From positions 12,729-76,728 of the forward strand of contig DRKP01000006.1 of the NCBI GenBank assembly GCA_011051715.1: a stretch of 64,000 bases of DNA, given 5' to 3'. Every line of letters starts with the position of its first letter. Positions within the stretch are counted from its first letter, which is position 1. The DNA comes from Sedimenticola thiotaurini. Lineage in GTDB: Bacteria > Pseudomonadota > Gammaproteobacteria > Chromatiales > Chromatiaceae. The notes under the pieces were generated by a model. That model did not search any database and was not told where the DNA came from. It saw only the letters and a list, made by a program, of their open reading frames with translations. Shown here one piece after another: positions 8,854-19,371 of this stretch. Position numbers and translations under genes: made by a program.

Positions 8854-9698
8854 TGCCCTTCCTGCAGGGCATAGAGGTGGCGGATCTCCTCCGGCCACAG
8901 GTCCGGATCGACGGTCTCGAGGATCAGCGGGATCTCGTCGAACCGGGGATCGTTCATGATATAGCGGAAGGGTTCCCAGCCCAGTTTCCCCCTGCCCAGG
9001 CTCTCGTGGCGGTCCACCCGGGCGCCGAGATCGGGCTTTGAGTCGTTCAGGTGCATGCCGCGCAGATAGTCGAACCCGACCACCCGGTCGAACTCGGCGA
9101 AGGTGTCGTCGCAGGCGGCGGCGGTGCGCAGGTCGTAGCCGGCGGTGAAGGTGTGGCAGGTGTCGAGGCAGACGCCGACCCGCCCCTTGTCCTCCACCCG
9201 GTCGATGATCTCCGCCAGGTGTTCGAAACGGTAACCCAGGTTGGTGCCCTGGCCCGCCGTGTTCTCGATCACGGCGGTGACGCCGCTGGTCCGGGACAAG
9301 GCCAGGTTGATCGATTCGGCGACGATGGCCAGGCTCTCCTGCTCGGAGATCTTGCGCAGGTGGCTGCCCGGATGGAAGTTGAGCAGCGGCAGGCCCAGCT
9401 GTTCACAGCGCTGCATCTCGTCCAGGAAGGCGTCGCGGGATTTCTGCAGCGCCTCCGGTTCGGGGTGCCCCAGATTGATCAGATAGCTGTCGTGGGGCAG
9501 CACGTGCCGGGGGGCGATACCTGCCTCCGCCAGATTGGCCCGAAATGCCTCGATACTCTCCACTGTCAGTGGCTTCGCCTTCCACTGGCGCTGGTTCTTG
9601 GTGAACAGGGCGAAGGCACGGGCACCGATGGCGCGGGCATTGAGAGGGGCATTCTCGACCCCGCCACTGGCACTGACGTGGGCGCCGACTCGTTTCAT
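8850..9698 (-). CDS. nfo: Deoxyribonuclease IV (endonuclease IV)
   Basis: [70 protein letters not shown]-like and HLNDSK motifs. Confidence 0.95.
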   Translation of the reverse strand: MKRVGAHVSASGGVENAPLNARAIGARAFALFTKNQRQWKAKPLTVESIEAFRANLAEAGIAPRHVLPHDSYLINLGHPEPEALQKSRDAFLDEMQRCEQLGLPLLNFHPGSHLRKISEQESLAIVAESINLALSRTSGVTAVIENTAGQGTNLGYRFEHLAEIIDRVEDKGRVGVCLDTCHTFTAGYDLRTAAACDDTFAEFDRVVGFDYLRGMHLNDSKPDLGARVDRHESLGRGKLGWEPFRYIMNDPRFDEIPLILETVDPDLWPEEIRHLYALQEGQ

Positions 9699-9763
9699 GG
9701 GGACCGCCTCGTCTGGGATGGTTGTACCGGGGGAGGGGATGATACCCGATCCAGGGGGATGTG

Positions 9764-9794
9764 GGGGAAGGCCGCCCGTGGGGCGGCCTTCCCC
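9764..9794 (-). terminator. Perfect 14-bp GC hairpin just downstream of the cytochrome gene (putative terminator, no clear U-tract)
   Basis: GGGGAAGGCCGCCC (9764-9777), GTG loop, GGGCGGCCTTCCCC (9781-9794). Confidence 0.5.
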
Positions 9795-9807
9795 GGCTGC
9801 AGGTTGG

Positions 9808-11136
9808 TCAGGGCCTGGCCTCCGACCAGGCGATGAGTTTGGGTGCCTTGAGGTCGGCCGGCAGCTTCTTCATCTGCTTGACCATCCCGGGCCAGAGCAG
9901 GTTGTAGTAGAGCTCGGCCCGCACCGAGTCGACGCCCCGGGCGGGGATGTCGTAGTCCAGCATCCGCGTCTCGAACGGCTTCAGGCGGCTGTTGCGGCCG
10001 ACGCCGGTGGCCGCCGGCGGCGAAGCCGGCTTGCCGTCGGGTCCGGTCATCACGTAGACGATGTAGGCCTGGGGGTCCTCCTTCATCGGGTGCTGGCGGA
10101 AATTCTGCCACAGCACCCTGCCTTCCCGGTCCAGGGCGGTCACCTTCACCACCATGTTGCGGAACGGGGCACCGGTGGGCAGGTCGTGGGGCTGTTGGTT
10201 CTTGAGGCGGACTTGCACCTTCAGCCTGTCGCCCTGTTTCTCGGTGCTCACCCGGAAAGCCACCGAGCGCTTCAGCATGCCCGGGTCGTGGCCACCGCCC
10301 ATGCTGTGGCCGGCCAGGCCCTTGACCGCCGGCATGTGGCAGGACTGGCAGGTGACCTGGCTGCCGGCCTTCATGAATTCGTCGCCGGTCTGGCACAGGG
10401 GGGCGCCCTTGGGATTGTGGCGCTTGTCGTGGCAGCCCATGCAGGCGTCATTGGTCCGCAGCAGACCGTTCTGGGTCAGCGGCAGGTCCAGGTCGGCCGC
10501 CTCCTTGGCGGTGATGTAGGGCTTGCCGTCGTTGTCCCGTCCCAGGTGGGGATTGAGCTCCCCCTCGTCGTCGATGGCGGCCCGCAGGTGGTCCGCAGCG
10601 GCCCCCTGCTCGTGCAGTACGCCATTCGCCCCCTGCAGCTGGTCGCTGAACTCATAGGCGGCGGCGCCGAGGCGGAATTTTCCGTCGGGTGCCTTGATTC
10701 CCTTGTACTTCTCCATGCTGTGACAAACCACGCAGGTGACGCCCTCGGCATAGGCGGGCATGGCATCCAGCTTGGTCTTGCGGTCGCGGGCGGCATTGGG
10801 GGCGTGGCACTGGAGGCAGACCGGGTAGGTCTTCATCTTCTTGTGGACCACGCCCTCCCGGGTTGGGTCGCCGATGAGTTTGCGATAGAGGGCCCCATGG
10901 ATGGGATCCTTCAGGGCCGTGCTCCGGGCGTGCATGGAGCCCTTCCACTGCTTGTAGATCTGCTTGTGGCAGTCCTTGCACTCCTCGGCGCTGACCTGGT
11001 GCAGGGATACCTGTCTGCCGTCGATCACCGCGGCCGATAGCGTTGGTGTGGACAGCAGGGCTGCGAGGCCCAGCAGGGCGACTCGCAGGTTGACGGCCGC
11101 GCGAAGACGGCGGGGGCGTGATCTGTTCATTGGCAA
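9808..11136 (-). CDS. Secreted pentahaem c-type cytochrome with a haem-free C-terminal domain
   Basis: Signal peptide [27 protein letters not shown]. Five CxxCH motifs (CKDCH, CLQCH, CVVCH, CMGCH, CQSCH), then about 170 aa without haem motifs. Confidence 0.85.
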   Translation of the reverse strand: MPMNRSRPRRLRAAVNLRVALLGLAALLSTPTLSAAVIDGRQVSLHQVSAEECKDCHKQIYKQWKGSMHARSTALKDPIHGALYRKLIGDPTREGVVHKKMKTYPVCLQCHAPNAARDRKTKLDAMPAYAEGVTCVVCHSMEKYKGIKAPDGKFRLGAAAYEFSDQLQGANGVLHEQGAAADHLRAAIDDEGELNPHLGRDNDGKPYITAKEAADLDLPLTQNGLLRTNDACMGCHDKRHNPKGAPLCQTGDEFMKAGSQVTCQSCHMPAVKGLAGHSMGGGHDPGMLKRSVAFRVSTEKQGDRLKVQVRLKNQQPHDLPTGAPFRNMVVKVTALDREGRVLWQNFRQHPMKEDPQAYIVYVMTGPDGKPASPPAATGVGRNSRLKPFETRMLDYDIPARGVDSVRAELYYNLLWPGMVKQMKKLPADLKAPKLIAWSEARP

Positions 11137-11270
11137 CCTCCCTTGGACTGGCGGTGAAAACCGGATCTGTGGCCTCTCTTTGCGGTGGCCTGAAACACGA
11201 ATTCTATCCGGTCCCGGTGGCTGACGAATTGACGATTGTCATTATCACCGCCCGAACCATCAGCCGGGCG

Positions 11271-11276
11271 TATAAT
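11271..11276 (+). promoter_or_regulatory. Possible -10 element (perfect TATAAT) for tcdA
   Basis: TATAAT at 11271-11276, about 32 nt upstream of the SD-preceded GTG at 11308. There is no convincing -35. Confidence 0.3.
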
Positions 11277-11307
11277 GCGGGGCTTCGTCGGAATGAGGAG
11301 AAGATGG

Positions 11308-12111
11308 GTGGCGCCACAGCAGGTTGACCCGGGTCGGCGGTTCGGAGGGATCGCCCGGCTCTACGGCCGCAGCGGGCTGGAACGCCTGACACGATCCCGC
11401 GTCTGCGTGGTGGGTGTGGGCGGGGTCGGCTCCTGGGCGGCGGAGGCGCTGGCGCGCAGCGCGGTCGGGGGGATCGACCTGATCGACCTGGACCACGTGG
11501 CCGAGTCCAATGTCAATCGTCAGCTGCACGCCCTGGAGGAGACCCTGGGACGGGCCAAGGTGCAGGTGCTGGCCGAGCGGATCCGGGCGATCAATCCCGG
11601 CTGCCGGGTGGAGGCGGTGGAGGAGTTCGTCGACCCCGACAACCTGGAACGGCTGATCACCGGTGACCACGACTATGTCGTCGACTGCATCGACGCCTGG
11701 CGTACCAAGGCGGCGCTGATCGCCCATTGCCGGCGCCGGCGCACGCCGGTGATCACGGTCGGGGCCGCCGGGGGGCAACTGGATCCATTGCGGATTCGCA
11801 TGGCGGACCTGAGCCGTACCCTGCATGATCCGCTGCTGGCGAAGACCCGCAAGCAGCTGCGGCGGGAGTACGGCTTCAGCCGCAACCCCAAACGGCGTTT
11901 CGAGGTGCCGGCGGTCTATTCCATGGAACAGTCCCGCTACCCGACGGTGCAGGGAGGCGTCTGCCGCGACCGGCCGGGGCGGTCGCTGCAGGGGTTGAGC
12001 TGTGCCGGTTTCGGCGCGGTGATGACGGTGACCGCAACCTTCGGCCTGGTGGCGGTGTCCCATGTGCTGAAGCGGCTGGCCCGGGTCGACTTGGAAGAGA
12101 AGGAGGAGTAG
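11308..12111 (+). CDS. tcdA: tRNA threonylcarbamoyladenosine dehydratase TcdA (CsdL), ThiF/E1-like
   Basis: Colinear with E. coli TcdA: RFGGIARLYG, VCVVGVGGVGSWAAEALARS, NRQLHAL and TVGAAGGQLDP. GAGGAG at 11295-11300 sits 7 nt before the GTG at 11308, giving 267 aa. An alternative ATG lies at 11293. Confidence 0.9.
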   Translation: MAPQQVDPGRRFGGIARLYGRSGLERLTRSRVCVVGVGGVGSWAAEALARSAVGGIDLIDLDHVAESNVNRQLHALEETLGRAKVQVLAERIRAINPGCRVEAVEEFVDPDNLERLITGDHDYVVDCIDAWRTKAALIAHCRRRRTPVITVGAAGGQLDPLRIRMADLSRTLHDPLLAKTRKQLRREYGFSRNPKRRFEVPAVYSMEQSRYPTVQGGVCRDRPGRSLQGLSCAGFGAVMTVTATFGLVAVSHVLKRLARVDLEEKEE

Positions 12112-12114
12112 GCG

Positions 12115-12504
12115 ATGTCCTGGTTCGGCGTGGTGATCCTGACCCTGGTGGGTCTGATGATATTGTTTCAGGCAAGCATATACTGGCGCTCCAAGCGCAT
12201 GGTGGGGCGGGAGGCGCCGGATCTCGGCGACGAGGCAGGCGCCCGGGCGGGCGGCAGCCGCCTGATCTATTTTCACAGCCCGAACTGTGGTCCCTGCAAG
12301 CGCATGTCGCCGATGATCGAGGAGATGGCCCGGCGCCACCCCAACATCCAGAGCATCGATGTCAGCCGGCAGATGGAGCTGGCGCTGAAGTACAACGTCA
12401 GGGCGACACCGACGGTGGTGCTGGTGAAGGAGGGGAAGGTGGCCAAGGTGCTGCTCGGTCCCCAGTCCCAGGCGCGGCTGGAGGCGCTGGTGAAGGAGGG
12501 GTAG
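12115..12504 (+). CDS. Membrane-anchored thioredoxin-family protein
   Basis: N-terminal TM helix (FGVVILTLVGLMILF) and CGPC active site in SPNCGPCKRMSP. Thioredoxin-fold C-terminus RATPTVVLVKEGK. Confidence 0.85.
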   Translation: MSWFGVVILTLVGLMILFQASIYWRSKRMVGREAPDLGDEAGARAGGSRLIYFHSPNCGPCKRMSPMIEEMARRHPNIQSIDVSRQMELALKYNVRATPTVVLVKEGKVAKVLLGPQSQARLEALVKEG

Positions 12505-12540
12505 AGCTGGGGGGATATGGTTTCGAAAGGGTTGGGGCCT

Positions 12541-12671
12541 TTCGCGGCGGGGGCGCCGCTCCTGCGGGGAGGATTGTAGGAGCGCCGCCCCGGCGCGAAG
12601 AGTGTGGTACCAGGGCGGGATGTTCGCGGCGGGGGGAAGGGGATCGCAGGAGCGCCGTCCCCACCGCGAAC
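12541..12671. repeat. REP/BIME-like cluster of inverted ~25-bp palindromic units between convergent genes
   Basis: TTCGCGGCGGGGGCGCCGCTCCTGCGG (12541-12567) faces TGTAGGAGCGCCGCCCCGGCGCGAA (12574-12598). A second pair is TTCGCGGCGGGGGG (12623-) and CGCAGGAGCGCCGTCCCCACCGCGAA (12645-12670). Confidence 0.6.
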
Positions 12672-12679
12672 GACAGCGG

Positions 12680-12940
12680 TCAATCGGGCAGACCGCACAT
12701 GCCGCCGGGGCAGCATCCGCCGGTGGCGCAGGCAGGGGCCGCCGGTTCACCGCGGCTGGTGCTGCTGATCACGTTGCCGCCGGTGGCCAGGCGCCGTACC
12801 GGGCTCGCCGCGGGCGTATCGCCCGGCTCCAGGCCGGCCCTCTCGCACAGCTCTCCCCAGGTGGAGAGAACCTCGCTCATCTTGTGGCTGACTTCGACCT
12901 GGCGGCCGTTGGCGTCGCAGACATAGTCGTATGTGGGCAT
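12680..12940 (-). CDS. FmdB-like zinc-ribbon family small protein with Cys-rich C-terminal tail
   Basis: MPTYDYVCDANGRQVEVSHKMSE N-terminus is typical of the FmdB-like family. C-terminus ACATGGCCPGGMCGLPD. GAGG RBS before the ATG at 12940. Confidence 0.65.
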   Translation of the reverse strand: MPTYDYVCDANGRQVEVSHKMSEVLSTWGELCERAGLEPGDTPAASPVRRLATGGNVISSTSRGEPAAPACATGGCCPGGMCGLPD

Positions 12941-13019
12941 CGTTGGGTACCTCTGGATTGCCTCTGAAACGGAAACGATTATCGGGGCGGCCCCGCCCGG
13001 ATTCAACCCGGCCGGCGGC

Positions 13020-13364
13020 TCATTCGTAGCTGCTCGGCACCATGCACATGAACACCAGCGGAACGTCGCCGGTGTTGCGGTACTGGTGCCTCTCGTGGGG
13101 TTTCACCAGCACGAAATCGCCCTGCCGGACAGGTCGCGGCTGCTCTCCCTCCAGCACCTCGCCGCTTCCCTCCAGGATGTAGTTCAGGTGCTCGCTCTCG
13201 TGGCTGTGGTGCGGTGTATGGCCGCCCGGTTCCAGGGTGAACACCCGGATCGAGAAATTGGGTGCCCCGTCGGCCCTGCCGATGGGCACCTGCTTGATCG
13301 CGCCCACCACCCCCTCCATGTGGATGGGCAGGGTTTCGCACTGCTCCAGTCGGGTGATCTTCAT
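13020..13364 (-). CDS. Cupin domain-containing protein
   Basis: Cupin motifs GGHTPHHSHESEHLNYILEG and GDFVLVKPHERHQYRN. Confidence 0.85.
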   Translation of the reverse strand: MKITRLEQCETLPIHMEGVVGAIKQVPIGRADGAPNFSIRVFTLEPGGHTPHHSHESEHLNYILEGSGEVLEGEQPRPVRQGDFVLVKPHERHQYRNTGDVPLVFMCMVPSSYE

Positions 13365-13494
13365 GTTCGGCTCCCGTTGTCGAATGGTGTTCCAACCGGT
13401 CCGCAGGAGCGCCGCTCCGGCGTGAACGGTCTCCCGCCGGTCCGGCGGGGGCGTTGTGCCGCGACCTTGGGTCCGGAGTGTCGCGGATCCGCTC

Positions 13495-16311
13495 TCAAAG
13501 GGACCGGATCCTGTCCAGCTGCTGCTCCAGATTGTCCAGGGCCGACTTCTGATCGGCCAGCTTCTCCCGCTCCCGCTCCACCACGGCGGCGGGCGCCTTC
13601 TCGACGAAGCCGGCGTTGGCCAGCTTGCGGTCGATGCGCTCCACGTTGTCGCGGATCTTTCCGATCTCCTTCTCCAGGCGTTCGATCTCGGCCTCCTTGT
13701 CGATCAGGCCGGCCATCGGGATCAGCAGCTGCATCTCGCCCACCAGGGCGGTGGCCGACTCCGGTGGCTCCTCGCCGTGGTCGAGGACGGTGACCGATTC
13801 CAGCCGGGCCAGGAAATCGAGATAGCGGCGGTGACGGGCCAGCCACTCCCGGTCCCGCCCGGAGGCATTGACCAGCAGTACCGGCAGCGGTCTGCCCGGG
13901 GCGATGTTCATCTCCCCCTTGATGCGGCGCACGCCGAGGACGAACTGCTGCACCCACTCCATCTCCGCCACCGCCGCCTCGTCGGTCTGTGCCGGATCCG
14001 GCTGCGGGAACGGCTGCAGCATGATGGTCTCGCCCCCGACCGCGGCCAGGGGTGCGATGTTCTGCCAGATCTCCTCGGTGATGAAGGGCATGATCGGATG
14101 GGCCAGACGCAGCAGGGCCTCCAGCACCTGCACCAGGGTCCGCCGCGTGCCGCGCCGGGCCGCCTCGCCGGAGGTGTCGTCGTTGAGTACCGGCTTGCAC
14201 AGCTCCAGGTACCAGTCGCAGTACTCGTTCCAGGTGAACTCGTAGATCGCCCTGGCGGCCTGGTCGAAGCGATAGCCCTCGATGGCGTCGATCACCTGCT
14301 GTTCGGTACTCTGCAGGCGTGAGATGATCCAGCGGTCGGCCACGCTCAGCTCGATCTCCCCCCCCTCCTGGCCGCAATCCCTGCCTTCCGTGTTCATCAG
14401 CACGAAGCGGGCGGCGTTCCACAGCTTGTTGCAGAAGTTGCGGTAGCCCTCGATACGGCCCAGGTCGAACTTGATGTCGCGACCGGTGGTGGCCAGCGCG
14501 GCGAAGGTGAAGCGCAGGGCGTCGGTGCCGAAGGAGGGGATGCCGTTGGGAAAGTCCTGCCGGGTCTGCCGCTCGATCTTCTTCGCCAGCTGGGGCTGCA
14601 TCATGCCGCTGGTACGCTTCTGCACCAGCGGCTCCAGCTCGATGCCGTCGATCAGGTCGATGGGATCCAGCACGTTGCCCTTGGACTTGGACATCTTGTC
14701 GCCGTGGGAGTCGCGCACCAGGCCGTGGATGTAGATCTCCCGGAACGGCACGTCGTCCATGAACTTCAGCCCCATCATGATCATCCGCGCCACCCAGAAG
14801 AAGATGATGTCGAAGCCGGTGACCAGCACGCTGGTGGGGTAGAAGGTCTGCAGGCGTCCGGTCTGCCGCGGCCAGCCCAGGGTGGAGAATGGCCACAGGG
14901 CGGAGCTGAACCAGGTGTCGAGCACGTCCTCGTCCTGGCGCAGGGGGTGATCGGCGGGCAGGTCGTGCTGTTCCCGTACCGCCTGCTCGGAGCGGCCGAC
15001 GTAGACGTTGCCCTCGTCGTCGTACCAGGCCGGAATGCGGTGGCCCCACCAGATCTGGCGGCTGATGCACCAGTCCTCGATGTTGCGCATCCATTCGTAG
15101 TAGGTGTTCTTCCAGTTGTCCGGCACGAAGCGGATGCTGCCGTTCTCCACCGCCTCGATGGCCGGTTTCGCCAGCGGTGCCACCTTGACGTACCACTGGT
15201 CGGTGAGAAAGGGCTCGATCACGGCGCCGGAGCGGTCGCCGCGCGGCACCATCAGCCGGTGATCGACGATCTTCTCCAGCAGCCCGGCCGCCTCCAGGTC
15301 GGCGACGATGGCCTTGCGCGCCGCATAACGGTCCATGCCGATATAGCGGGACGGGATCAGTCCGTCCTCTTCGGGCAGATTGTCGCGGATCGCCGCGTCC
15401 ACGGTGAAGATGTTGATCAGGCCGCCGTGGATCTGCTCGGAGATCGCCTTCTCGTCCCGGTGCCGCTGCCACACCTCGTAGTCGTTGAAGTCGTGGGCCG
15501 GGGTGATCTTGACGCAGCCGGTGCCGAACTCGGGATCGGCGTGCTCGTCGGCGATGATGGGGATCCTGCGTCCGGTCAGCGGCAGTTCGACCAGCTCGCC
15601 GATCAGGTGCCGGTAGCGCTCGTCCTCCGGGTTCACCGCCACCGCGCAGTCGCCGAGCATGGTCTCGGGGCGGGTGGTGGAGACCACCAGGTGGCCGGTG
15701 CCGTTGGACAGGGGGTAGCGCATGTGCCACATGTGGCCGCTCTCCTCCTCCGACAGCACCTCCAGATCGGAGACGGCTGTGTGCAGCACCGGGTCCCAGT
15801 TGACCAGGCGCTTGCCGCGGTAGATCAGCCCCTCCTCGTAGAGCCGGATGAAGACCTCCTGCACCGCCTCCGACAGCCCTTCGTCCATGGTGAAGCGCTC
15901 GTGCTCCCAGTCCAGGGAGGCGCCCATGCGCCGCAGCTGGCGGGTGATGGTGTTGCCCGACTGCTGTTTCCACTCCCACACCTTTTCGATGAATTTCTCA
16001 CGCCCCAGGTCGTGCCGGGTCTTCCCCTCCTGCTCCAGCAGCCGTTCCACCACCATCTGGGTGGCGATGCCGGCGTGGTCCGACCCGGCCTGCCACAGGG
16101 TGTCGTCACCCTTCATGCGGTGGTAGCGGATCAGGGCGTCCATGATGGTGTCCTGGAAGGCGTGCCCCATGTGCAGGCTGCCGGTGACATTGGGTGGCGG
16201 AATCATGATGCAGTAGGGCGCACCCTCACCACGGGGGGCGAAGTAGTTGCGCTCCTCCCAGGTCCGGTACCAGCGCTGCTCGAGACTGTGCGGGTCGTAG
16301 GTTTTTTCCAT
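13495..16311 (-). CDS. valS: Valine--tRNA ligase
   Basis: [14 protein letters not shown] (HIGH), KMSKSKGN (KMSKS) and a C-terminal coiled coil. Full length, 938 aa. Confidence 0.97.
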   Translation of the reverse strand: MEKTYDPHSLEQRWYRTWEERNYFAPRGEGAPYCIMIPPPNVTGSLHMGHAFQDTIMDALIRYHRMKGDDTLWQAGSDHAGIATQMVVERLLEQEGKTRHDLGREKFIEKVWEWKQQSGNTITRQLRRMGASLDWEHERFTMDEGLSEAVQEVFIRLYEEGLIYRGKRLVNWDPVLHTAVSDLEVLSEEESGHMWHMRYPLSNGTGHLVVSTTRPETMLGDCAVAVNPEDERYRHLIGELVELPLTGRRIPIIADEHADPEFGTGCVKITPAHDFNDYEVWQRHRDEKAISEQIHGGLINIFTVDAAIRDNLPEEDGLIPSRYIGMDRYAARKAIVADLEAAGLLEKIVDHRLMVPRGDRSGAVIEPFLTDQWYVKVAPLAKPAIEAVENGSIRFVPDNWKNTYYEWMRNIEDWCISRQIWWGHRIPAWYDDEGNVYVGRSEQAVREQHDLPADHPLRQDEDVLDTWFSSALWPFSTLGWPRQTGRLQTFYPTSVLVTGFDIIFFWVARMIMMGLKFMDDVPFREIYIHGLVRDSHGDKMSKSKGNVLDPIDLIDGIELEPLVQKRTSGMMQPQLAKKIERQTRQDFPNGIPSFGTDALRFTFAALATTGRDIKFDLGRIEGYRNFCNKLWNAARFVLMNTEGRDCGQEGGEIELSVADRWIISRLQSTEQQVIDAIEGYRFDQAARAIYEFTWNEYCDWYLELCKPVLNDDTSGEAARRGTRRTLVQVLEALLRLAHPIMPFITEEIWQNIAPLAAVGGETIMLQPFPQPDPAQTDEAAVAEMEWVQQFVLGVRRIKGEMNIAPGRPLPVLLVNASGRDREWLARHRRYLDFLARLESVTVLDHGEEPPESATALVGEMQLLIPMAGLIDKEAEIERLEKEIGKIRDNVERIDRKLANAGFVEKAPAAVVEREREKLADQKSALDNLEQQLDRIRSL

Positions 16312-16477
16312 CGTCGGATTCGATCTTGCGGTAGAATGAATGGTTTTGAGTCAAGCGAATTGGGCATTATACCGAAACCGCTGACCGGCGCGCCCGGTTT
16401 CGGGCCTCACCATGAACCGCCATGAACCGGCCGGACGACCCGGCACGATATCGATCAAGAAGGAGCAGTAGACAGCT

Positions 16478-19264
16478 ATGTCCCAGGATTCAGTATCCAG
16501 CAAGAAGTGGGTCTTCTCTTTTCAGGAAGGGGATGGCAGCAACAAGCAGTTGTTGGGCGGCAAGGGGGCCAATCTCTGCGAGATGACCCAGATCGGCCTC
16601 AACGTGCCCCCCGGGTTCGTGATCACGACGGAGGCCTGCCTGGAATACCTGGATGCGGGTGCGGCCGAGCTTCCGGCCGGCGTGATGGAGCAGGTACGGG
16701 AGCAGATGGCGAAAGTGGAGCAGCAGACCGGCAAGCGTTTCGGTGACCGCCACAATCCGCTGCTGGTCTCGGTACGCTCCGGTTCGGCCATGTCGATGCC
16801 GGGGATGATGGATACCATCCTCAACCTGGGCCTCAACTACGAGACGCTGCAGGGGGAGATCGAGCAGACCGGTGATCCCCGTTTCGGCTACGACGCCTAC
16901 CGCCGCTTCATCCAGCTGTTCGGAAAGGTGGCGCTGGGCGTCCCGGACGAGCTTTTCGACGAGCAGTTCGAGGCGGTCAAGCAGCAGGCCCACGTGTCCG
17001 AGGACGTGGGGCTCTCCGCCGACGACCTGGAGGAGATCAGCGACCGTTTCCTGAAGGTGGTCGAGGATCACACCGGCCGGCCGTTCCCGGAGGATCCCTA
17101 CCAGCAGCTGGAGATCGCCATCAAGGCGGTGTTCGGCTCCTGGATGGGCAAGCGGGCGGTGGACTACCGGCGCGAGTTCAACATCACCCCGGAGATGGCC
17201 AACGGCACCGCCGTCAACGTCTGTACCATGGTGTTCGGCAACCGCGGCAACGACTCCGGCACCGGCGTCGCCTTCACCCGCAACCCGGGCACCGGCGAGA
17301 ACAAGCTCTATGGCGAGTACCTGGTCAACGCCCAGGGCGAGGACGTGGTGGCCGGTATCCGCACACCCAAGCCGATCGACCGGCTGGCCGAGGAGATGCC
17401 GGAGATGGCGCGCCAGCTGGAGGAGCTGCGGCAGAAGCTGGAGCACCACTACCGCGAGGTGCAGGACTTCGAGTTCACCATTGAGCGCGGCACCCTCTAC
17501 TGCCTGCAGACCCGCAACGGCAAGATGAACGCGGTGGCGATGGTGCGCACCTCGGTGGAGATGGAGAAGGAGGGGCTGATCAGCAAGGAGGAGGCGCTGC
17601 TGCGCATCGATCCGGCCATGCTGGAGCAGATGCTCTACCCGCGACTGGATCCCCGTTTCCATGCCCGGCCCCTGGCCCAGGGGCTGCCGGCCTCGCCGGG
17701 CGCCGCCTGCGGCCACGCCGTGTTCGACGCCGACCGGGCCGAGGAGCTGGGCAAGAAGGGGGGGCAGAAGGTGATCCTGCTGCGCGAGGAGACCAAGCCC
17801 GAGGATATTCACGGGTTCTTCGCCTCCGAGGGCATCCTCACCAGCCGCGGCGGCAAGACCTCCCATGCGGCGGTGGTGGCCCGCGGCATGGGCAAGCCCT
17901 GCGTGGCCGGCGCCGAGGGCATCGAGGTGGACGTGCTGCGGCGCGAGGCCTACGTCGGCGAATCGGTGATCAAGGAGGGGGACCTGATCACCATCGACGG
18001 CAGCAGCGGCAATGTCTACCTGGGCGAGATTCCGACGGTGGAACCGGAGTTCACCAGCGAACTGACCACCCTGCTGACCTGGGCCGACGATGTCGCCCGG
18101 CTGAAGGTGATGGCCAACGCCGATACCGCCCCGGACGCCGCCCGTGCCGTGCGCTACGGCGCCAGGGGCATCGGCCTGTGCCGCACCGAGCGCATGTTCA
18201 ACGCGGTGGAGCGGCTGCCGGTGGTGATCGAGATGATCGTGGCCGAGACCGCCGAGCAGCGCCAGGCGGCGCTGGACAAGCTGCTGCCGATGCAGCGGGA
18301 CGATTTCAAGGCCCTGTTCGAGGCCATGGCCCCGTATCCCGTCACCATCCGCCTGCTGGATCCGCCGATCCACGAGTTCCTGCCGGCGGAGCAGCAGTTG
18401 CAGGACGAGCTGGACAAGCTGCGTCACCTGCGCGAGTCGGCCCGCGGCATGGAGGTGCTGGCCAACACCATGAGCCTGCTGCACGAGAGCGGCCAGGCGC
18501 GGCAGGAGGCGGACGTCCTGCGCCACAACCTGGTGGAGACCCACCTGGTGGAGGAGGCGATCGCGAAGAAGGAGACCATGCTGCGCAAGGTGCGGGCCCT
18601 GTACGAGACCAATCCCATGCTGGGACACCGCGGCGTGCGCCTGGGCATCACCTTTCCGGAGATCTACAGCATGCAGATCCGGGCGGTGCTGGAGGCGGCG
18701 GCGGAGTGTGCCAGGAAGGATCTGGAGGTGAAACCCCAGATCATGGTGCCCCAGGTCTGCACCGCCGAGGAGCTGAAGCACGTGAAGAAATACGTCGACC
18801 GGATCCGCGAGGAGGTGGAGGACAGCTTCGGCCACAGTCTCAACTTCCGCTTCGGCACCATGATCGAGGTGGTGCGCGCCTGCATGCGGGCCGACTCCCT
18901 GGTGGAACAGGCCGAGTTCTTCTCCTTCGGTACCAACGACCTGACCCAGGCCACCTTCTCCTTCTCCCGCGAGGATGCGGAGAACAAGTTCCTGCCCATG
19001 TACAACGAGAACGGCATCCTGCAGGACAACCCGTTCGAGGTGCTGGACGTGAAGGGCGTGGGCAAGCTGATGAAGCTGGCGGTGGGCTGGGGCCGGGAGA
19101 AGCGGCCGGACCTGAGCGTCGGCATCTGCGGCGAACACGGCGGCCACCCCGCCTCGATCCGCTTCTGCCACGAGGCCGGCCTCGACTATGTCTCCTGTTC
19201 CGCCCCCCGTGTGCCGGTGGCGCGCCTGGCCGCCGCCCACGCCAGGCTGCTGGCGGAGGGGTAG
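16478..19264 (+). CDS. ppdK: Pyruvate, phosphate dikinase
   Basis: GGKGANLCEM, phospho-His region TSRGGKTSHAAVVARGMGKPCV and PEP-utilising C-terminus GICGEHGG. 928 aa. Confidence 0.97.
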   Translation: MSQDSVSSKKWVFSFQEGDGSNKQLLGGKGANLCEMTQIGLNVPPGFVITTEACLEYLDAGAAELPAGVMEQVREQMAKVEQQTGKRFGDRHNPLLVSVRSGSAMSMPGMMDTILNLGLNYETLQGEIEQTGDPRFGYDAYRRFIQLFGKVALGVPDELFDEQFEAVKQQAHVSEDVGLSADDLEEISDRFLKVVEDHTGRPFPEDPYQQLEIAIKAVFGSWMGKRAVDYRREFNITPEMANGTAVNVCTMVFGNRGNDSGTGVAFTRNPGTGENKLYGEYLVNAQGEDVVAGIRTPKPIDRLAEEMPEMARQLEELRQKLEHHYREVQDFEFTIERGTLYCLQTRNGKMNAVAMVRTSVEMEKEGLISKEEALLRIDPAMLEQMLYPRLDPRFHARPLAQGLPASPGAACGHAVFDADRAEELGKKGGQKVILLREETKPEDIHGFFASEGILTSRGGKTSHAAVVARGMGKPCVAGAEGIEVDVLRREAYVGESVIKEGDLITIDGSSGNVYLGEIPTVEPEFTSELTTLLTWADDVARLKVMANADTAPDAARAVRYGARGIGLCRTERMFNAVERLPVVIEMIVAETAEQRQAALDKLLPMQRDDFKALFEAMAPYPVTIRLLDPPIHEFLPAEQQLQDELDKLRHLRESARGMEVLANTMSLLHESGQARQEADVLRHNLVETHLVEEAIAKKETMLRKVRALYETNPMLGHRGVRLGITFPEIYSMQIRAVLEAAAECARKDLEVKPQIMVPQVCTAEELKHVKKYVDRIREEVEDSFGHSLNFRFGTMIEVVRACMRADSLVEQAEFFSFGTNDLTQATFSFSREDAENKFLPMYNENGILQDNPFEVLDVKGVGKLMKLAVGWGREKRPDLSVGICGEHGGHPASIRFCHEAGLDYVSCSAPRVPVARLAAAHARLLAEG

Positions 19265-19316
19265 GAGCACAGGCACCCCCACCCGGGGTATGGACCTGGG
19301 GCTTGTAAAACAAAAC

Positions 19317-19335
19317 GCGAATCATTATCATTTAC
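19317..19335. promoter_or_regulatory. Candidate Fur box upstream of the cytochrome c/FTR1 permease gene
   Basis: GCGAATCATTATCATTTAC; its reverse complement GTAAATGATAATGATTCGC matches about 13 of 19 positions of the GATAATGATAATCATTATC consensus. It lies 37 nt upstream of the ATG at 19372. Confidence 0.45.
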
Positions 19336-19371
19336 CTCCATAGTTCCCGTCGAGGATATTGGAGAGACAAG

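Noticed and set aside
16490-19282. 930-aa ORF antisense to ppdK. Similar long antisense or off-frame ORFs: 4915-7401, 13361-15979, 14704-16425, 41228-43303, 48754-52629, 54472-56499, 58845-61160 and 19186-21342.
   Set aside because: Each lies opposite, or out of frame with, a gene that has unmistakable conserved motifs. Their translations are Arg/Gly/Pro/Ala-rich low-complexity strings, typical of stop-codon-poor GC-rich DNA. No recognisable domains.
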